DNA of 64,000 bases from a virus (lineage: Duplodnaviria > Caudoviricetes), in IMG/VR virus record IMGVR_UViG_3300021431_000075, positions 416,001-480,000 of that record; one strand, written 5' to 3'. The notes beneath the pieces were generated by a model. It searched no databases. It saw nothing but the letters and a program-made list of their open reading frames with translations, and was not told the origin of the DNA. The translations under genes and the position numbers were made by a program. Of this stretch, positions 29,738 to 40,623 are shown in pieces; the first letter of the stretch is position 1, and each line of letters begins with the position of its first letter.

Positions 29738-32335
29738 TTAGTCTGAATTGAGAGGATCGATGACTTGCTGCGTCTGCTTTGCATTCGGCTTGAATATTCT
29801 CTCTATGTTCTTCTTGATGGTATGGTGGTTTGCCACTTTCTTTGCCTTTATTGCCGCTATGCTGACTTCAAGCTGTTTGTTCTCTCTCCTGAGGCGCTGC
29901 GAGTCGTTCTCGACTGTCTGCATCAGGCTTGACGCAAGTGAGTTTATCGGAAGCTCCATCAGAGCCTCTATCTTTGCATTGACTGTTGCTTGGATTGTCT
30001 TGAGCATGCCAATGAGCGGGGTGGTGATGCTGGCATACTGGTTTGACAGGTTGACGAACAGTACAATCGGCCAGACGTACATTCCGCGGACTGATATTCC
30101 GAACACGATGACGATGTCGAACAGCTTTATATATACGCATCCGATGCAGATGAATATGCACGGGAACGGAACGAGCCACACGAACGGCGGAATATCAAGA
30201 CCGCAGTTCAGGAACGGAATGCTGATGACAGTTGCAAGGGAGAAGTATCGTGCCCAGTACTTGAAGTCCTTGATTGAAGTCTCTCCTTCCTGCGGGTCGT
30301 CTTCCGTCGGTCCCAGGTCTCCGTCTTCCGGTATCGGGAACGTGTCCGGGATTTCCGGCGGCGACACGTCATAGTTCAGGTTTTCCGCATTCTCTTCCGG
30401 AAACTCGTATTCGTAGTCTTCTTCTTTCGGACTCTGGAAGAAGTAGTAGTCGTATGTCACATGACCAATCGTAAGCGGGGTCGATGAAGGCCATTCCGCA
30501 TATGAGTCGAACGAGTCGCTGATGCTTGTGACTTCTTTGATGCAGTCGTCCAGTTGTGTTCTTTCGTATTCTGCTATGGTCTCTTTCCAGAACTGCATGA
30601 TTTCTGCGCACTCTTGTTTGACAAGACCGTATATGTTCTTCTGCTCGTTCGTATATACATATTGCTCCGACTGCTTGTAACTGTAGCAGAACATGTATAT
30701 GTTTGACAGCTGCTGGATTCCGTATTGCGTATAGTCATCCGCCTGTGCCTTGTTCTGGTGTTCTGTTATCCATCCGATGATGTCGCTGTATTCAAGTTCC
30801 TTTGTTCTTGCGACGCCTTTCATCGCGTTGTCTATTTGTCTGAATGGATTTGCAAGCGTTCTGTTCACGATGCTATTGAACTTGCTGTCAAATTCTTTCG
30901 CTATCGTGTCTATGCTGTAATGCTCAAGAGAAATTCTTGTTTCTATAATCTTCTTGATGAGGTTGTAGTACCGCTTCGCGTACTTGTTGTCCGTGTTCAG
31001 ATCCATCTTTGACAGAATAGCCATATAGTAGTTGTTGTAGTCATAGTCTGCTATTCTCGTGTATTTGTTCTCTGTATGCTTGTCCAAGAACTTGATGCTG
31101 TGCTCGTATGCAAGATACTTACAGTCGTCATAGTCAGGATCGTACTCGCAAAGGTCTATTGTGTTTCTGTATTCTTCATATGCATACAATATGTCTTTGT
31201 AGTACTGGTGTCTTCTGTCTATGATGCTGTAACCGAGTTTGTTGACGCTTTCCGTGTTTCCGTTAGTCGCCTTGACGTTCTCTACAGTTCCGATTTTTGA
31301 TATGTCCTCGCTGTATTTCTTTCTGATGCTGTTTACATATTCAAGATATTTTGCAAAGAGTTCCTGACCGTTCGGTCTTTCTTCTCTGATTGGAATAATA
31401 GCGATTGACTTGTACTTGTACTCTGTATGCCTTCTTGTGAGAATCCACGGCAGCAGGGACTCGCACAGGTTGTCTGTTATGAGCTGGTGCAGTTGCGCTT
31501 CCGCCTTGAACTTGTCCTGAATGGCGTTTATCATGTCTATGTCTATGTCGGGCGCGTCGCCGCCGTATGAGAAGTTGTCGATGATGATATGGCGTTTTGC
31601 TCCGGCTTTTGCATAGAGATGCTTGAAGTCTGTTCCTGCATCGTTTGCAAGCACGGTTCCTGCAGAGAATATGGAACGTATCTTCTTCTGGATGCCGTTG
31701 ATTGTTACGGTTCCTATGATGGTGTCTGATGTTATTGATTCGCCGGGCTTGACAAACAGCGTGTAGTCAACGTCTTGCGGATTCTGCAGTGACGGTGTCG
31801 CGAATTCTATGATTGCCTTGTTGGAACCGACAGTGTCGTCATCAAGGATTGCGGTAGTGATATCATCCAGATTCGCGTCGTTCAGAATTACTGAATTGTC
31901 ATACACAGTAGGTTCGGCAGACTCGCTGTCTGTCTTGTCAGTGTCGTCTATGCCGCTTTCAGACGGATCGCCGCCGGGAGATGTTTCGCCTGTCTCCTTA
32001 TCGAACGGTCTGTTGTACGGTCTTTCCGTATCGCTGTTGTTTATGATTGACGTTGATGGAAATTTTCCGCTTTTGTCTATGTCATTGCCGCTTCCATCCT
32101 TCGAGTCTCCGGATGTGTCTGTGTGCGGGAATATGTTCTTGTCGTTGAAGTGGAATCTTCTGTCAATCTCGTCCTGAGGAAGTTCCGGCGGATCGATTTC
32201 ATTATAGTCCGAGCTGCACAGGTTGATGTCGTCGAGACTGATTGCCTGCTGACCTTCCATCTCGTCGTTGTTTACTTTCAACAAGTTGAGAATCATGTTT
32301 TCAAGATATTCTCTCTGTTCTTCAATCGTTGCCAT
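29738..32335 (-). CDS. Large hypothetical virion protein with C-terminal hydrophobic segment
   Basis: 865-aa ORF in late operon. Confidence 0.6.
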   Translation of the reverse strand: MATIEEQREYLENMILNLLKVNNDEMEGQQAISLDDINLCSSDYNEIDPPELPQDEIDRRFHFNDKNIFPHTDTSGDSKDGSGNDIDKSGKFPSTSIINNSDTERPYNRPFDKETGETSPGGDPSESGIDDTDKTDSESAEPTVYDNSVILNDANLDDITTAILDDDTVGSNKAIIEFATPSLQNPQDVDYTLFVKPGESITSDTIIGTVTINGIQKKIRSIFSAGTVLANDAGTDFKHLYAKAGAKRHIIIDNFSYGGDAPDIDIDMINAIQDKFKAEAQLHQLITDNLCESLLPWILTRRHTEYKYKSIAIIPIREERPNGQELFAKYLEYVNSIRKKYSEDISKIGTVENVKATNGNTESVNKLGYSIIDRRHQYYKDILYAYEEYRNTIDLCEYDPDYDDCKYLAYEHSIKFLDKHTENKYTRIADYDYNNYYMAILSKMDLNTDNKYAKRYYNLIKKIIETRISLEHYSIDTIAKEFDSKFNSIVNRTLANPFRQIDNAMKGVARTKELEYSDIIGWITEHQNKAQADDYTQYGIQQLSNIYMFCYSYKQSEQYVYTNEQKNIYGLVKQECAEIMQFWKETIAEYERTQLDDCIKEVTSISDSFDSYAEWPSSTPLTIGHVTYDYYFFQSPKEEDYEYEFPEENAENLNYDVSPPEIPDTFPIPEDGDLGPTEDDPQEGETSIKDFKYWARYFSLATVISIPFLNCGLDIPPFVWLVPFPCIFICIGCVYIKLFDIVIVFGISVRGMYVWPIVLFVNLSNQYASITTPLIGMLKTIQATVNAKIEALMELPINSLASSLMQTVENDSQRLRRENKQLEVSIAAIKAKKVANHHTIKKNIERIFKPNAKQTQQVIDPLNSD

Positions 32336-32340
32336 TTGCC

Positions 32341-34509
32341 CTATTCCTTATAACCGTTGTATTGAGCCATCAGAATCTCACTTCCCATTCTCGGAAGGCG
32401 CGAGTCGCTGTATATGATGGTGTCTCCGAGTATCTCGACATTCGATAGATGGTTGAAAGTTCCGTCATGGTACTTGATGTCGCAGTCGATGAACAAGTCA
32501 ATCATATCTTCGTCTATCAGTTGTGAAAGACTTTTTCGTTTTTCGTTGATGCAGTTCATCTGCTCGTTGATTGACTCATAGTCTATATATAGCGTATTGT
32601 TCTTTGACGTGTCGATATGCAATGATTCTGAATCGTTCTTGTCTATCCATTCGTTTATTAACTCGCATTCTACTGAACTGATGACCCTTGTCACTTCTCC
32701 GTTTCTGATGAGTCTTAATTCATCCGATATGTATTTGAAAAGACGATATGTCCTTACCGGGTACATCGCGTTTCCGGTCGTTCCTGTTTCTTCGTCGAAT
32801 GACGGGCTTATGTCTATGGACTTGTCAAAACCGAGTTTCTCCATGACTTCCCTGTATAGGGCATTGATATTGATTGACGAATGGCTTTTGACAAACGCCT
32901 TGTTTGTTTTGTAGTTGGATATGAGCGTTGCAAGTTCCTTCATCATGGGAACGACTGTCTTCAGCATGGCAAAAGCATTATGCAGAAGCGCGATTGTATT
33001 TCTACGCTTTCTTGCACGCTCCATGTCTATCTGTTCTACAGACTTCGCTTTTTCTTCTATCGTCATCAGAGAGATTGGCGGCGTATCATATTCTTCAGCT
33101 ACGGAAGATGAATGAACTGTGTTGTCATCTGATGACGCCGGACTCTGGATGTTCTTCTTGTCGATATCGATGATGATTCTTATGTTGTACTTTCCTGCTT
33201 TGACAGTTGTTTCACCGGAACCGCTTTCCGTATTGCTGTTGTATGTGCTTGCGATTGTTTGTTGAATCATCTTGCATTCCGATGCGTTGAACAGCGAGTT
33301 TCCGTCTGAATCGGTCACGCCGGAAAGGACCTTGTATATCTTCTTTGATATGGATGACTTTGTCGGATCGTCATAGAACATCAGTGTGAACGTCTTTGAA
33401 TCGGCATCCGTCAATATGTCATATGTTTTCTTTATCTTCACTCCTGCGCTGCTCAAGTAGCTGAATCCGGCAGTTCTTGCCGCGTTTTCTGCAAATGCGG
33501 ACGCTTCAGATTCCATATAGTCCAAGTCGGTGAGGTTCTTCATTGACGTGAGAATCTCGTTGACGTTGAACAGAGGAAGCATGTCAATCGTTATGGCAGT
33601 CGAGTCATCTCCAAGACCAAGGTCGTCAAGAAGCCATATCAGGTCGTCAAGCGAGTTCATATTGTCTGCAAGAGTTGTCAGGTTCACGTCTGTCATGCTC
33701 TTGATTGTCTCGGCGATGTCATTGAGAGCGTCCTTGACTTGCAAAACCATGAATGCGTTGTATATCGAGTCTTTCTGTGCATTGAGCCACTCGCTCATCA
33801 TTCTCCTGAATATTTCCGGGTTCGTGTCGAAGTCGAGCCGGACTCCGAGATTCTTCTGTTTCTTAAGTTCCTTGTACTGGCGGTAAATCCCCATGCCCTT
33901 TCTGCAATAGTATTTTATTTGCGCAAGGGACATTCCGAGATAGTGCTGGCATTGTATGTCTATGAGTTCTTCGATTCTGCTCTTTATCGTGTATATCGCA
34001 TCCCTGAGGATGATTAGCACAGATCCTGGGTCCACGACGAAATCCATGACCATGTTGATGTACTCCTGATACTTCTCCGTGAATTTCTTTAGAAATATGT
34101 CCATGACAGAGATTGTCATCTGGAGACCTGCTGTCATGCATGACATCGGGATGTTCACGATATCAAGGTTTGAGATTTCAAGATAACCGCGAAGAACCGT
34201 GGCTGCTGCAAGGTTGGTCGCGTTTTTTGACAGCGCGATGACGTTTCTTGCAAAGTTGATTGTTTCCTCGTTGATGTTCAGAGACTCGTACAGCTTGTTG
34301 ATGCCGCTTTCTGCAAACTCTCCGACCGTGTTTTCAACCATCTCTATGATTGCCTCGACAGCAGTTCTTGTTTTTTCTGCAGCAAACACCATATGGGAAG
34401 TGGCTATCTGCTCGATGCCGCTTCCTATCGTAAGGTTCGCATATTTCTCGAACTGCTGCTTGATTTTCTCCGTGTTTTCCGGCAGTTCGACGATAAACTG
34501 GTTGCTCAT
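32341..34509 (-). CDS. Large hypothetical, probably virion, protein
   Basis: 722-aa ORF in late operon. Confidence 0.6.
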   Translation of the reverse strand: MSNQFIVELPENTEKIKQQFEKYANLTIGSGIEQIATSHMVFAAEKTRTAVEAIIEMVENTVGEFAESGINKLYESLNINEETINFARNVIALSKNATNLAAATVLRGYLEISNLDIVNIPMSCMTAGLQMTISVMDIFLKKFTEKYQEYINMVMDFVVDPGSVLIILRDAIYTIKSRIEELIDIQCQHYLGMSLAQIKYYCRKGMGIYRQYKELKKQKNLGVRLDFDTNPEIFRRMMSEWLNAQKDSIYNAFMVLQVKDALNDIAETIKSMTDVNLTTLADNMNSLDDLIWLLDDLGLGDDSTAITIDMLPLFNVNEILTSMKNLTDLDYMESEASAFAENAARTAGFSYLSSAGVKIKKTYDILTDADSKTFTLMFYDDPTKSSISKKIYKVLSGVTDSDGNSLFNASECKMIQQTIASTYNSNTESGSGETTVKAGKYNIRIIIDIDKKNIQSPASSDDNTVHSSSVAEEYDTPPISLMTIEEKAKSVEQIDMERARKRRNTIALLHNAFAMLKTVVPMMKELATLISNYKTNKAFVKSHSSININALYREVMEKLGFDKSIDISPSFDEETGTTGNAMYPVRTYRLFKYISDELRLIRNGEVTRVISSVECELINEWIDKNDSESLHIDTSKNNTLYIDYESINEQMNCINEKRKSLSQLIDEDMIDLFIDCDIKYHDGTFNHLSNVEILGDTIIYSDSRLPRMGSEILMAQYNGYKE

Positions 34510-34519
34510 TTCGGTTTTG

Positions 34520-35212
34520 TTATAAAGGCAGTTTTTCGCGAGTTATCATCGTCTTGAATGCCCAGTAAGAATCTACCAAGTCATCGACTCCTTCTATGAA
34601 GTTGACTTTCGACGTGAGGTCTCCGTTGATGATAGCTTTCTTGAACGGGATGTCATAAGGTTCTCTCGTGAACGCATGAATCATGTTCTTCTTGTCATGA
34701 CGGAGTTCCTTTGTCGCGCAGCCTGCTGTCGATTTCAATGTGATTGGAGAGTATGTGAACAGGCGCTTGAGCATATCTCCGTAGTGCTCGTATATCTTTG
34801 CAAGCAAGACGCCCTTGTATGTAGCAAGGTTCAGCGTAGCGTCTCCCATCGAGTTGTACGAGAGACCTTCTGAACATACATACAGGTTGAACGTGTCATA
34901 TCCGAGAGAGTTCTTTATGAGAGAGTCCAAGTCATTGATAATCATGTTTGCAAGGTCGAGTGAGCGGATTGTGTGAATCAGGACTATCTGCGTGTTCTCT
35001 ATGTTGCTTTTCTTGTTTCTGCTCTTTGTCTCTACCGGTCCGAGTTTTCTTGATATTGCGCGGACGTTGCAGTTCTTGTACTTTTCTATCTTTGAAGCCT
35101 GCAGGTTTGCAGCCCACAGGTAGAAATATATTTTCTTGTCGCAGTATATGGTCGCAGCCGGCTTGTTCATCGAGAAGTCGAAACCTACATATATGTTCGG
35201 AATGTTAGCCAT
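34520..35212 (-). CDS. RuvC-like Holliday junction resolvase
   Basis: GFDFSMN.PA, SEG, SP.TLK, DDLVDSY RNase H-fold acidic residues; start ATG 35212. Confidence 0.75.
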   Translation of the reverse strand: MANIPNIYVGFDFSMNKPAATIYCDKKIYFYLWAANLQASKIEKYKNCNVRAISRKLGPVETKSRNKKSNIENTQIVLIHTIRSLDLANMIINDLDSLIKNSLGYDTFNLYVCSEGLSYNSMGDATLNLATYKGVLLAKIYEHYGDMLKRLFTYSPITLKSTAGCATKELRHDKKNMIHAFTREPYDIPFKKAIINGDLTSKVNFIEGVDDLVDSYWAFKTMITREKLPL

Positions 35213-35299
35213 TTCTTGAACGATTTTTGTATTTATTGCTCGGATTGCTTGAATCACATTTTTGCAAATAAATAGTCTATAAATAAATTTTTGTGAATA

Positions 35300-37105
35300 A
35301 TGAAAACAGCAAAAACTATTCAGCTTCTTGATGCAAACAATACCAACATATCTCCTGCGGTTTGTATCGAGTCGTTGTATTTTGAGCAGACGAGCGGTGC
35401 AAACACTTACAGAATATCTCTTAAGAACAGGACTGTGATTGCAAGCAATAATATCATCAACAAGACTCCGTCGATGGCACAGAATGATATTAATAAGTTT
35501 ACGATTCCGTATGTTTATGTGAAGAAGTTAAGTTCTGAAAGTTCATTTAATGTATGCGAGTTGAACACTGGTGAAATCAATATCGGAGAAGCCCTTACCA
35601 GATGCGTAAGCACATGGTGCAATACTAATTTTTACAATAAGCAGAATGCATCTGAAAAATTCATAAGAATGGATGAGAACGATCTGGAATTTCCTTTTGT
35701 CAATAGAACAAACGGTTTCTATTGTGGAACAAGTGATGCATCTTTGCACATATATGATGCAAGCGGTCCGGGTCGATTGAGTTGGAAGAACGGAAGTACA
35801 TATATCGGGGTTGATAAGGTGAATGGTATTGACTCGTTGAATATAACAGCAAATGGTACTAATTCTATCACACTTGATACCGAATCCAATAAGATAGCAT
35901 TTGTGACGGAAAATGTTGATATTTTTGCGCCGACCGGAATGAAAGTCGATGTTGGTGATTCTTCATTGTATTTTTCAAAAGTGGATATCGAATCTGTCGG
36001 TTATGTTAATGTCACATCTGGAATGAATGGCAACATCAATGTGAGTTCCGGAAACGATATAGTGTTACGCAGTACTGGAGACATAAGAATCAACCCGGCA
36101 TATGACGAAGACAATGTGACGAATGTATATCTTTATGATTACAGGCTTGAGAGACCGTCAGTTGATATTGATCCAGAAGAGCACAGGATATACGCTTTGA
36201 CGCTTGGTGCGAACTCAAGTGTTATGACATGGAACAAGTTCCCGAAACTTTATCTTAACTCTTTTGGAAAAAGGGACATGGAAACATTTGATGTTCTTGC
36301 GGATAACATAGAAAATACGAGTCTTTACACAAGAGGTCTTGTTTTCTATTCGGATTATAATGATGCATCCGTTCTTCCGGACGCATCAAGAATCCAGATT
36401 CTGTATAATAACAAGAACGACGGTTCCAACACGATTGGTTTCCGTGGATTCAAGTCCGGTGATGTGAAAAAAACATTGCTTGCCGTTCCCGGAAATGATG
36501 CTACTGTTGATGATTTGGTTGATAACAAGTTCGTCAATTTGTGCACGATTAATAACCGGAGCTTGCTTGGCAAGTCAAACATAGAAGTTCTCACACAGGA
36601 AGACCTCAACGGACACCATAAGATTACGTTTGTGAGAAATCCTATTGAAAACAACACATTCAGTATTGTCGGTTCTTATATGACAGAGTTTGACAAGTTG
36701 AGCAATACGGATGCGTCTGAAAGTGGACGTCTTTTCTATATGAGCAAGATATATTTCAGAACAAATGATTGTGTCTATGCAACCGGTTATTATGCATCTT
36801 CTGATGAAAGGCTTAAGGACAATATCGAAGATGTTCCGTCATATGAGATTGAGAATGTTCCATCAATCAAGCAGTTCAACTGGAAGTCTGATGATAGAAA
36901 GAGTTACGGTTTCATCGCGCAGGAACTTATGGAATCCGGTCATGAAGAACTTGTTTCCGAAGACCCGGATGGTATGTTCAGAGTTGACTATAACGCTGCT
37001 CTTTCTCTTAAGTGCGCGCAACTTGAAGAACAGAACAGGAAACTGTCTGATCGTGTTGAAAGACTCGAATCATTGGTTGAAAAGTTGCTTGATGAAAAAA
37101 AATAA
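35300..37105 (+). CDS. Tail fibre/spike with C-terminal peptidase S74 intramolecular chaperone
   Basis: SSDERLKDNI, F.WK, GFIAQE, VDY, terminal coiled coil; TATAAATA at 35278-35285. Confidence 0.8.
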   Translation: MKTAKTIQLLDANNTNISPAVCIESLYFEQTSGANTYRISLKNRTVIASNNIINKTPSMAQNDINKFTIPYVYVKKLSSESSFNVCELNTGEINIGEALTRCVSTWCNTNFYNKQNASEKFIRMDENDLEFPFVNRTNGFYCGTSDASLHIYDASGPGRLSWKNGSTYIGVDKVNGIDSLNITANGTNSITLDTESNKIAFVTENVDIFAPTGMKVDVGDSSLYFSKVDIESVGYVNVTSGMNGNINVSSGNDIVLRSTGDIRINPAYDEDNVTNVYLYDYRLERPSVDIDPEEHRIYALTLGANSSVMTWNKFPKLYLNSFGKRDMETFDVLADNIENTSLYTRGLVFYSDYNDASVLPDASRIQILYNNKNDGSNTIGFRGFKSGDVKKTLLAVPGNDATVDDLVDNKFVNLCTINNRSLLGKSNIEVLTQEDLNGHHKITFVRNPIENNTFSIVGSYMTEFDKLSNTDASESGRLFYMSKIYFRTNDCVYATGYYASSDERLKDNIEDVPSYEIENVPSIKQFNWKSDDRKSYGFIAQELMESGHEELVSEDPDGMFRVDYNAALSLKCAQLEEQNRKLSDRVERLESLVEKLLDEKK

Positions 37106-37197
37106 TAAGATTTTTAAACTTTTTGTCAAAAATGAAGTAATATTTCCGTACGGAAATGATGATAAATAATTTATAATATAAAAATATTTTTATAGAA

Positions 37198-39096
37198 ATG
37201 AAAGTTAATAAAAAGAGACGCGTTAAACTTGACGAGCGTTATAACAGCATCATGAACGTGCTTGCTCGCAAGGTGAAGCGTATTATCGAAAACTGTGACG
37301 CATGTGATGATGAGTTCGACGAGTGCGACAGGTTTGATGAGTGTGGCGATGAAGAGTTTGATGAGGATACATTTGAATGTAACGAAAACTTCCGTAGAAA
37401 CAGAAGCCGCCGTTATTCAAGACTTTATGAAATGGCAAAGACTGTCATCGACAGAAAGATTCTTGCGAATGTTCGTGACAAGATTTCCCGTAACGGTTGG
37501 GATTCTCCATATGGAATCAACTGGCGTAAGGTAGTTTCGCTCCCAAGAAAATTTACACCGGATGAACTTCTTCAGTATTATGTGGCAGCGTTACTTGTCT
37601 ATGGCGAGGATTGCCCGCAGACAGAGGCTGATATCGATAAAATCGGAGTATTCACTAACTATGCACATAAGTTGATTGACGATTACGGATTCACAATTGA
37701 CGACATCAAGGATTTCTATGGAAAGAACGAGAAGATTCAGTCCAAGTCAAGAAAGGGATCTTCACGCGGTTCAAAGGCATACAGGGCAACCAAGGACAAT
37801 CCGGATCCTAACATGAATTTCGATTCAGAAGAAAGTGATGGAGCAGAAGAACCGACAAGCAACAACGGTTATCTTGATAATATTCCTGATGCTGATATAG
37901 AAAACGACTACACTGACGAGAAGCAGTTTTCGGATGAAATCGACAATGATTATGAAGAGGATGAAGATATTATCGACAATGAACCTGCGGATGTCATTGC
38001 AACTGATGATGGTGAAGGAGGTGAAGAAAAAGACTTCCCATCATATGAGGATGCAGACAAAGAGGATTTTGTAGAAGATGATGATGAACCTGTAGAAGAT
38101 GATGATGACATTCCAGTAGAAGATGACGATGATATTCCGGTAGATGACGATGATGAACCAGTAGAAGATGATGACATTCCAGATTATGATGATGTTCCGT
38201 TAGATGATGAAGATGGTGATGAATATGAAGAAGATGTTGAAAGCACCACATCTAATCGTTCGGATATGAAGAGTAGTAAGCCATATCCTGATTATGATGA
38301 CGTTCCAACCGATGGAGATGATGATGAATATGAAGAAATCGTAGATGATGATGTTTTCAATAAGTCAGAAGATGAACGTGAAGATCTTGAAGATCAAACG
38401 GATTTTGCCGACTATGATGAAAACAAGTCTGATAGAGTTCTTGATATTGAAGATGAGGACAAGAAGCCATCTGAATATACATTCGAAGATATCATCAATC
38501 CTAACTTCAATGAAGTCGTTCATAACTACAATCCAGAGAAGTTCAAGCTGGATGATGACGGAAGAATCGGTTTCGATGTGTTCAAGTATGAGACGATAGA
38601 CGAAGCAAACAAGGACTTCATTCCATCCAATAGAGAAGCATCATTCACTATATGGGGAGAGTGTGTAGCACATGCTCTGCTTAAGGTTCAGTACTTGTGT
38701 GAAGATACTTCGAGGACGTTCGGTCAATGCGACAAACAGGTTGCAAGTTTAATCAAGGTGATTAGACGTTATCAGCCTAAGTTCAACGAGCTTATCAGCA
38801 AGTACTTCGATGTTATCGATCATCTCAAGAAGACAGACACATGGTTCCTTGACAATGAAAACAGAGTATCAAATGGCGACATCAAGGTTGTTGGCAATGA
38901 TTGTCAGATAGTTCTTGACATGTTCGACCATATTGATGAAGTATGTCCGTTTGAAAAGTTGGTCGGCATGAAGGCTCGTGATTTTGATTCAAAGTATGAT
39001 TTCGATGAAATTACGAATATCGATAGCAATGAAGAAGAAATCAAAGAATCTTTTCGTTACGGAAGTAGCAGAAGAATGTCAAGAAGAAGACGCTAA
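37198..39096 (+). CDS. Highly acidic repeat-containing late protein
   Basis: PVEDDDD and YDDVP repeats; GATAAATA at 37161. Confidence 0.7.
   Translation: MKVNKKRRVKLDERYNSIMNVLARKVKRIIENCDACDDEFDECDRFDECGDEEFDEDTFECNENFRRNRSRRYSRLYEMAKTVIDRKILANVRDKISRNGWDSPYGINWRKVVSLPRKFTPDELLQYYVAALLVYGEDCPQTEADIDKIGVFTNYAHKLIDDYGFTIDDIKDFYGKNEKIQSKSRKGSSRGSKAYRATKDNPDPNMNFDSEESDGAEEPTSNNGYLDNIPDADIENDYTDEKQFSDEIDNDYEEDEDIIDNEPADVIATDDGEGGEEKDFPSYEDADKEDFVEDDDEPVEDDDDIPVEDDDDIPVDDDDEPVEDDDIPDYDDVPLDDEDGDEYEEDVESTTSNRSDMKSSKPYPDYDDVPTDGDDDEYEEIVDDDVFNKSEDEREDLEDQTDFADYDENKSDRVLDIEDEDKKPSEYTFEDIINPNFNEVVHNYNPEKFKLDDDGRIGFDVFKYETIDEANKDFIPSNREASFTIWGECVAHALLKVQYLCEDTSRTFGQCDKQVASLIKVIRRYQPKFNELISKYFDVIDHLKKTDTWFLDNENRVSNGDIKVVGNDCQIVLDMFDHIDEVCPFEKLVGMKARDFDSKYDFDEITNIDSNEEEIKESFRYGSSRRMSRRRR
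38068..38215 (+). repeat. Coding tandem repeats (PVEDDD[D/E/I])
   Basis: Imperfect 21-24 nt units such as CCAGTAGAAGATGATGAC. Confidence 0.7.
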
Positions 39097-39120
39097 TCAA
39101 TAAGACAAATCTACATATGA

Positions 39121-39155
39121 AAAATAGTCATCAAGAAATTGATGACTATTTTTTT
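39121..39155. terminator. Bidirectional terminator
   Basis: AAAATAGTCATCAA-GAAA-TTGATGACTATTTT. Confidence 0.75.
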
Positions 39156-39172
39156 AATAACCATTATGACTT

Positions 39173-40501
39173 TTAATCGTCCATCGTTGTCCAGTGCGCA
39201 TGTCTCCTGAGGTCGTCCACATTTGTGCCGGAAGAAGAGTCGATGTACTGATTGATGATGTTTCTTATGTCCTCGTTGTCTTTCTTGATGTCTTCGTTGG
39301 TTTTCTTGACATCCTTGAAACCTTCAACAAGACCACGCACAAGTTTCGCGTTGTATGCGTCGCAATGATGGAAATGGTTTTCAATCGTAAGGAATCTTTT
39401 AGGAACGTTATAGTATTCATCCCAAGATAGCCAGTAGCCGCAATACAATGGAAGCGGAACCGGATGACAGTGTGAGTTGAATCCCCAGTAGTGGTTGTAA
39501 GTCCATCCGGGACAGCAGTGGTTGTGACCTCTGTCTGGTACTCTACTGTTGATGTATTTGGATGCAATCTGTGTATAGCCGTCAATGTCTGTCTCTTCAA
39601 ACGTGTTCTTGTCCTCGTCGTATATGGTTATGTGCGGATAACCCTTTGACTTCATGTACTCGTCGATGTAACTGAGGTCCGGTTCCCCGTCATAAGCCTT
39701 CATGACTGTATGTATATAAAGATAGTCCCTGAATTCTATTCTCCTGTTGAATCCGCATTTCTTGACAATGATGCTCAATTGCTTGTGCCAGTCTTCTTCG
39801 TCTATTTCATAGAACTTTCTCAGGTTCCAGTCCTTGTAGTATTTCGTGTGGTCGAGTCCCTTTCCGATAAGATGCGAGTCAATGATAAAGCCCATCGCAG
39901 TGTCGTCGACGCTCATCTTGTGAACTTTCCACTTCTCGTCGCATTTTACATTGTCCATCTTGATTGCATTGGCGCGATAAGATGCTTTTGTCATGACATC
40001 AATGTAATACTTCTTTGAAATCAGAACAGAGTTTCCCTGCGCATACAGGCAGTATGGATATGGACCGCTGATGTACTTTGATGCAAGAATGGTTCCGCAG
40101 TATATGTTCTCGTCATATGTGTCGAGTCTTTGCACGAATGCGTCAAGAAGCGGCACGTTGATATAAGTCGATGTGTTTGTTCTGAAAATGTAGTCCACAT
40201 CGCAAATCTTCGTATGGAGTGTTTTCAAACACATTAGCGTTTTCTGGTATGTTGAGAAGAAGTCGTCTTTTGTCGGAACATATACAGTGTGGCATTCTTC
40301 GTCTATGATACCAAGATTCTTGTGCTCCGTGTTTCTAAACATTTCATCACTCATTGCAGTGTACGAGTAATATGTTATATTGTCGTACTTGCCGTCGATT
40401 ATATCTTTCGCCCATGTCTGCTCGACAATTTCAACTTCATGGTCAAAGAAGTCGAGATTGCAAGACATGACAAGTATGAGTATTTTCTTCTTTTGTGCCA
40501 T
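39173..40501 (-). CDS. GT-A glycosyltransferase (GT31/Fringe-like) with Cys/His-rich C-terminal extension
   Basis: ILILVMSC, QTW, YQKT, DYIFRTNTSTYIN, Y.QG, DDTAMG. Confidence 0.6.
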   Translation of the reverse strand: MAQKKKILILVMSCNLDFFDHEVEIVEQTWAKDIIDGKYDNITYYSYTAMSDEMFRNTEHKNLGIIDEECHTVYVPTKDDFFSTYQKTLMCLKTLHTKICDVDYIFRTNTSTYINVPLLDAFVQRLDTYDENIYCGTILASKYISGPYPYCLYAQGNSVLISKKYYIDVMTKASYRANAIKMDNVKCDEKWKVHKMSVDDTAMGFIIDSHLIGKGLDHTKYYKDWNLRKFYEIDEEDWHKQLSIIVKKCGFNRRIEFRDYLYIHTVMKAYDGEPDLSYIDEYMKSKGYPHITIYDEDKNTFEETDIDGYTQIASKYINSRVPDRGHNHCCPGWTYNHYWGFNSHCHPVPLPLYCGYWLSWDEYYNVPKRFLTIENHFHHCDAYNAKLVRGLVEGFKDVKKTNEDIKKDNEDIRNIINQYIDSSSGTNVDDLRRHAHWTTMDD

Positions 40502-40623
40502 TTTATATGCGGATAGTGACTTTGTTGTCCTTTATATAAGATATTTATCTTATGGAGCAAAAATCAACTGATGCCACAAAACGCAATAAATAGAACAAGT
40601 ATTTAAAAATGTAACTTTATGTA

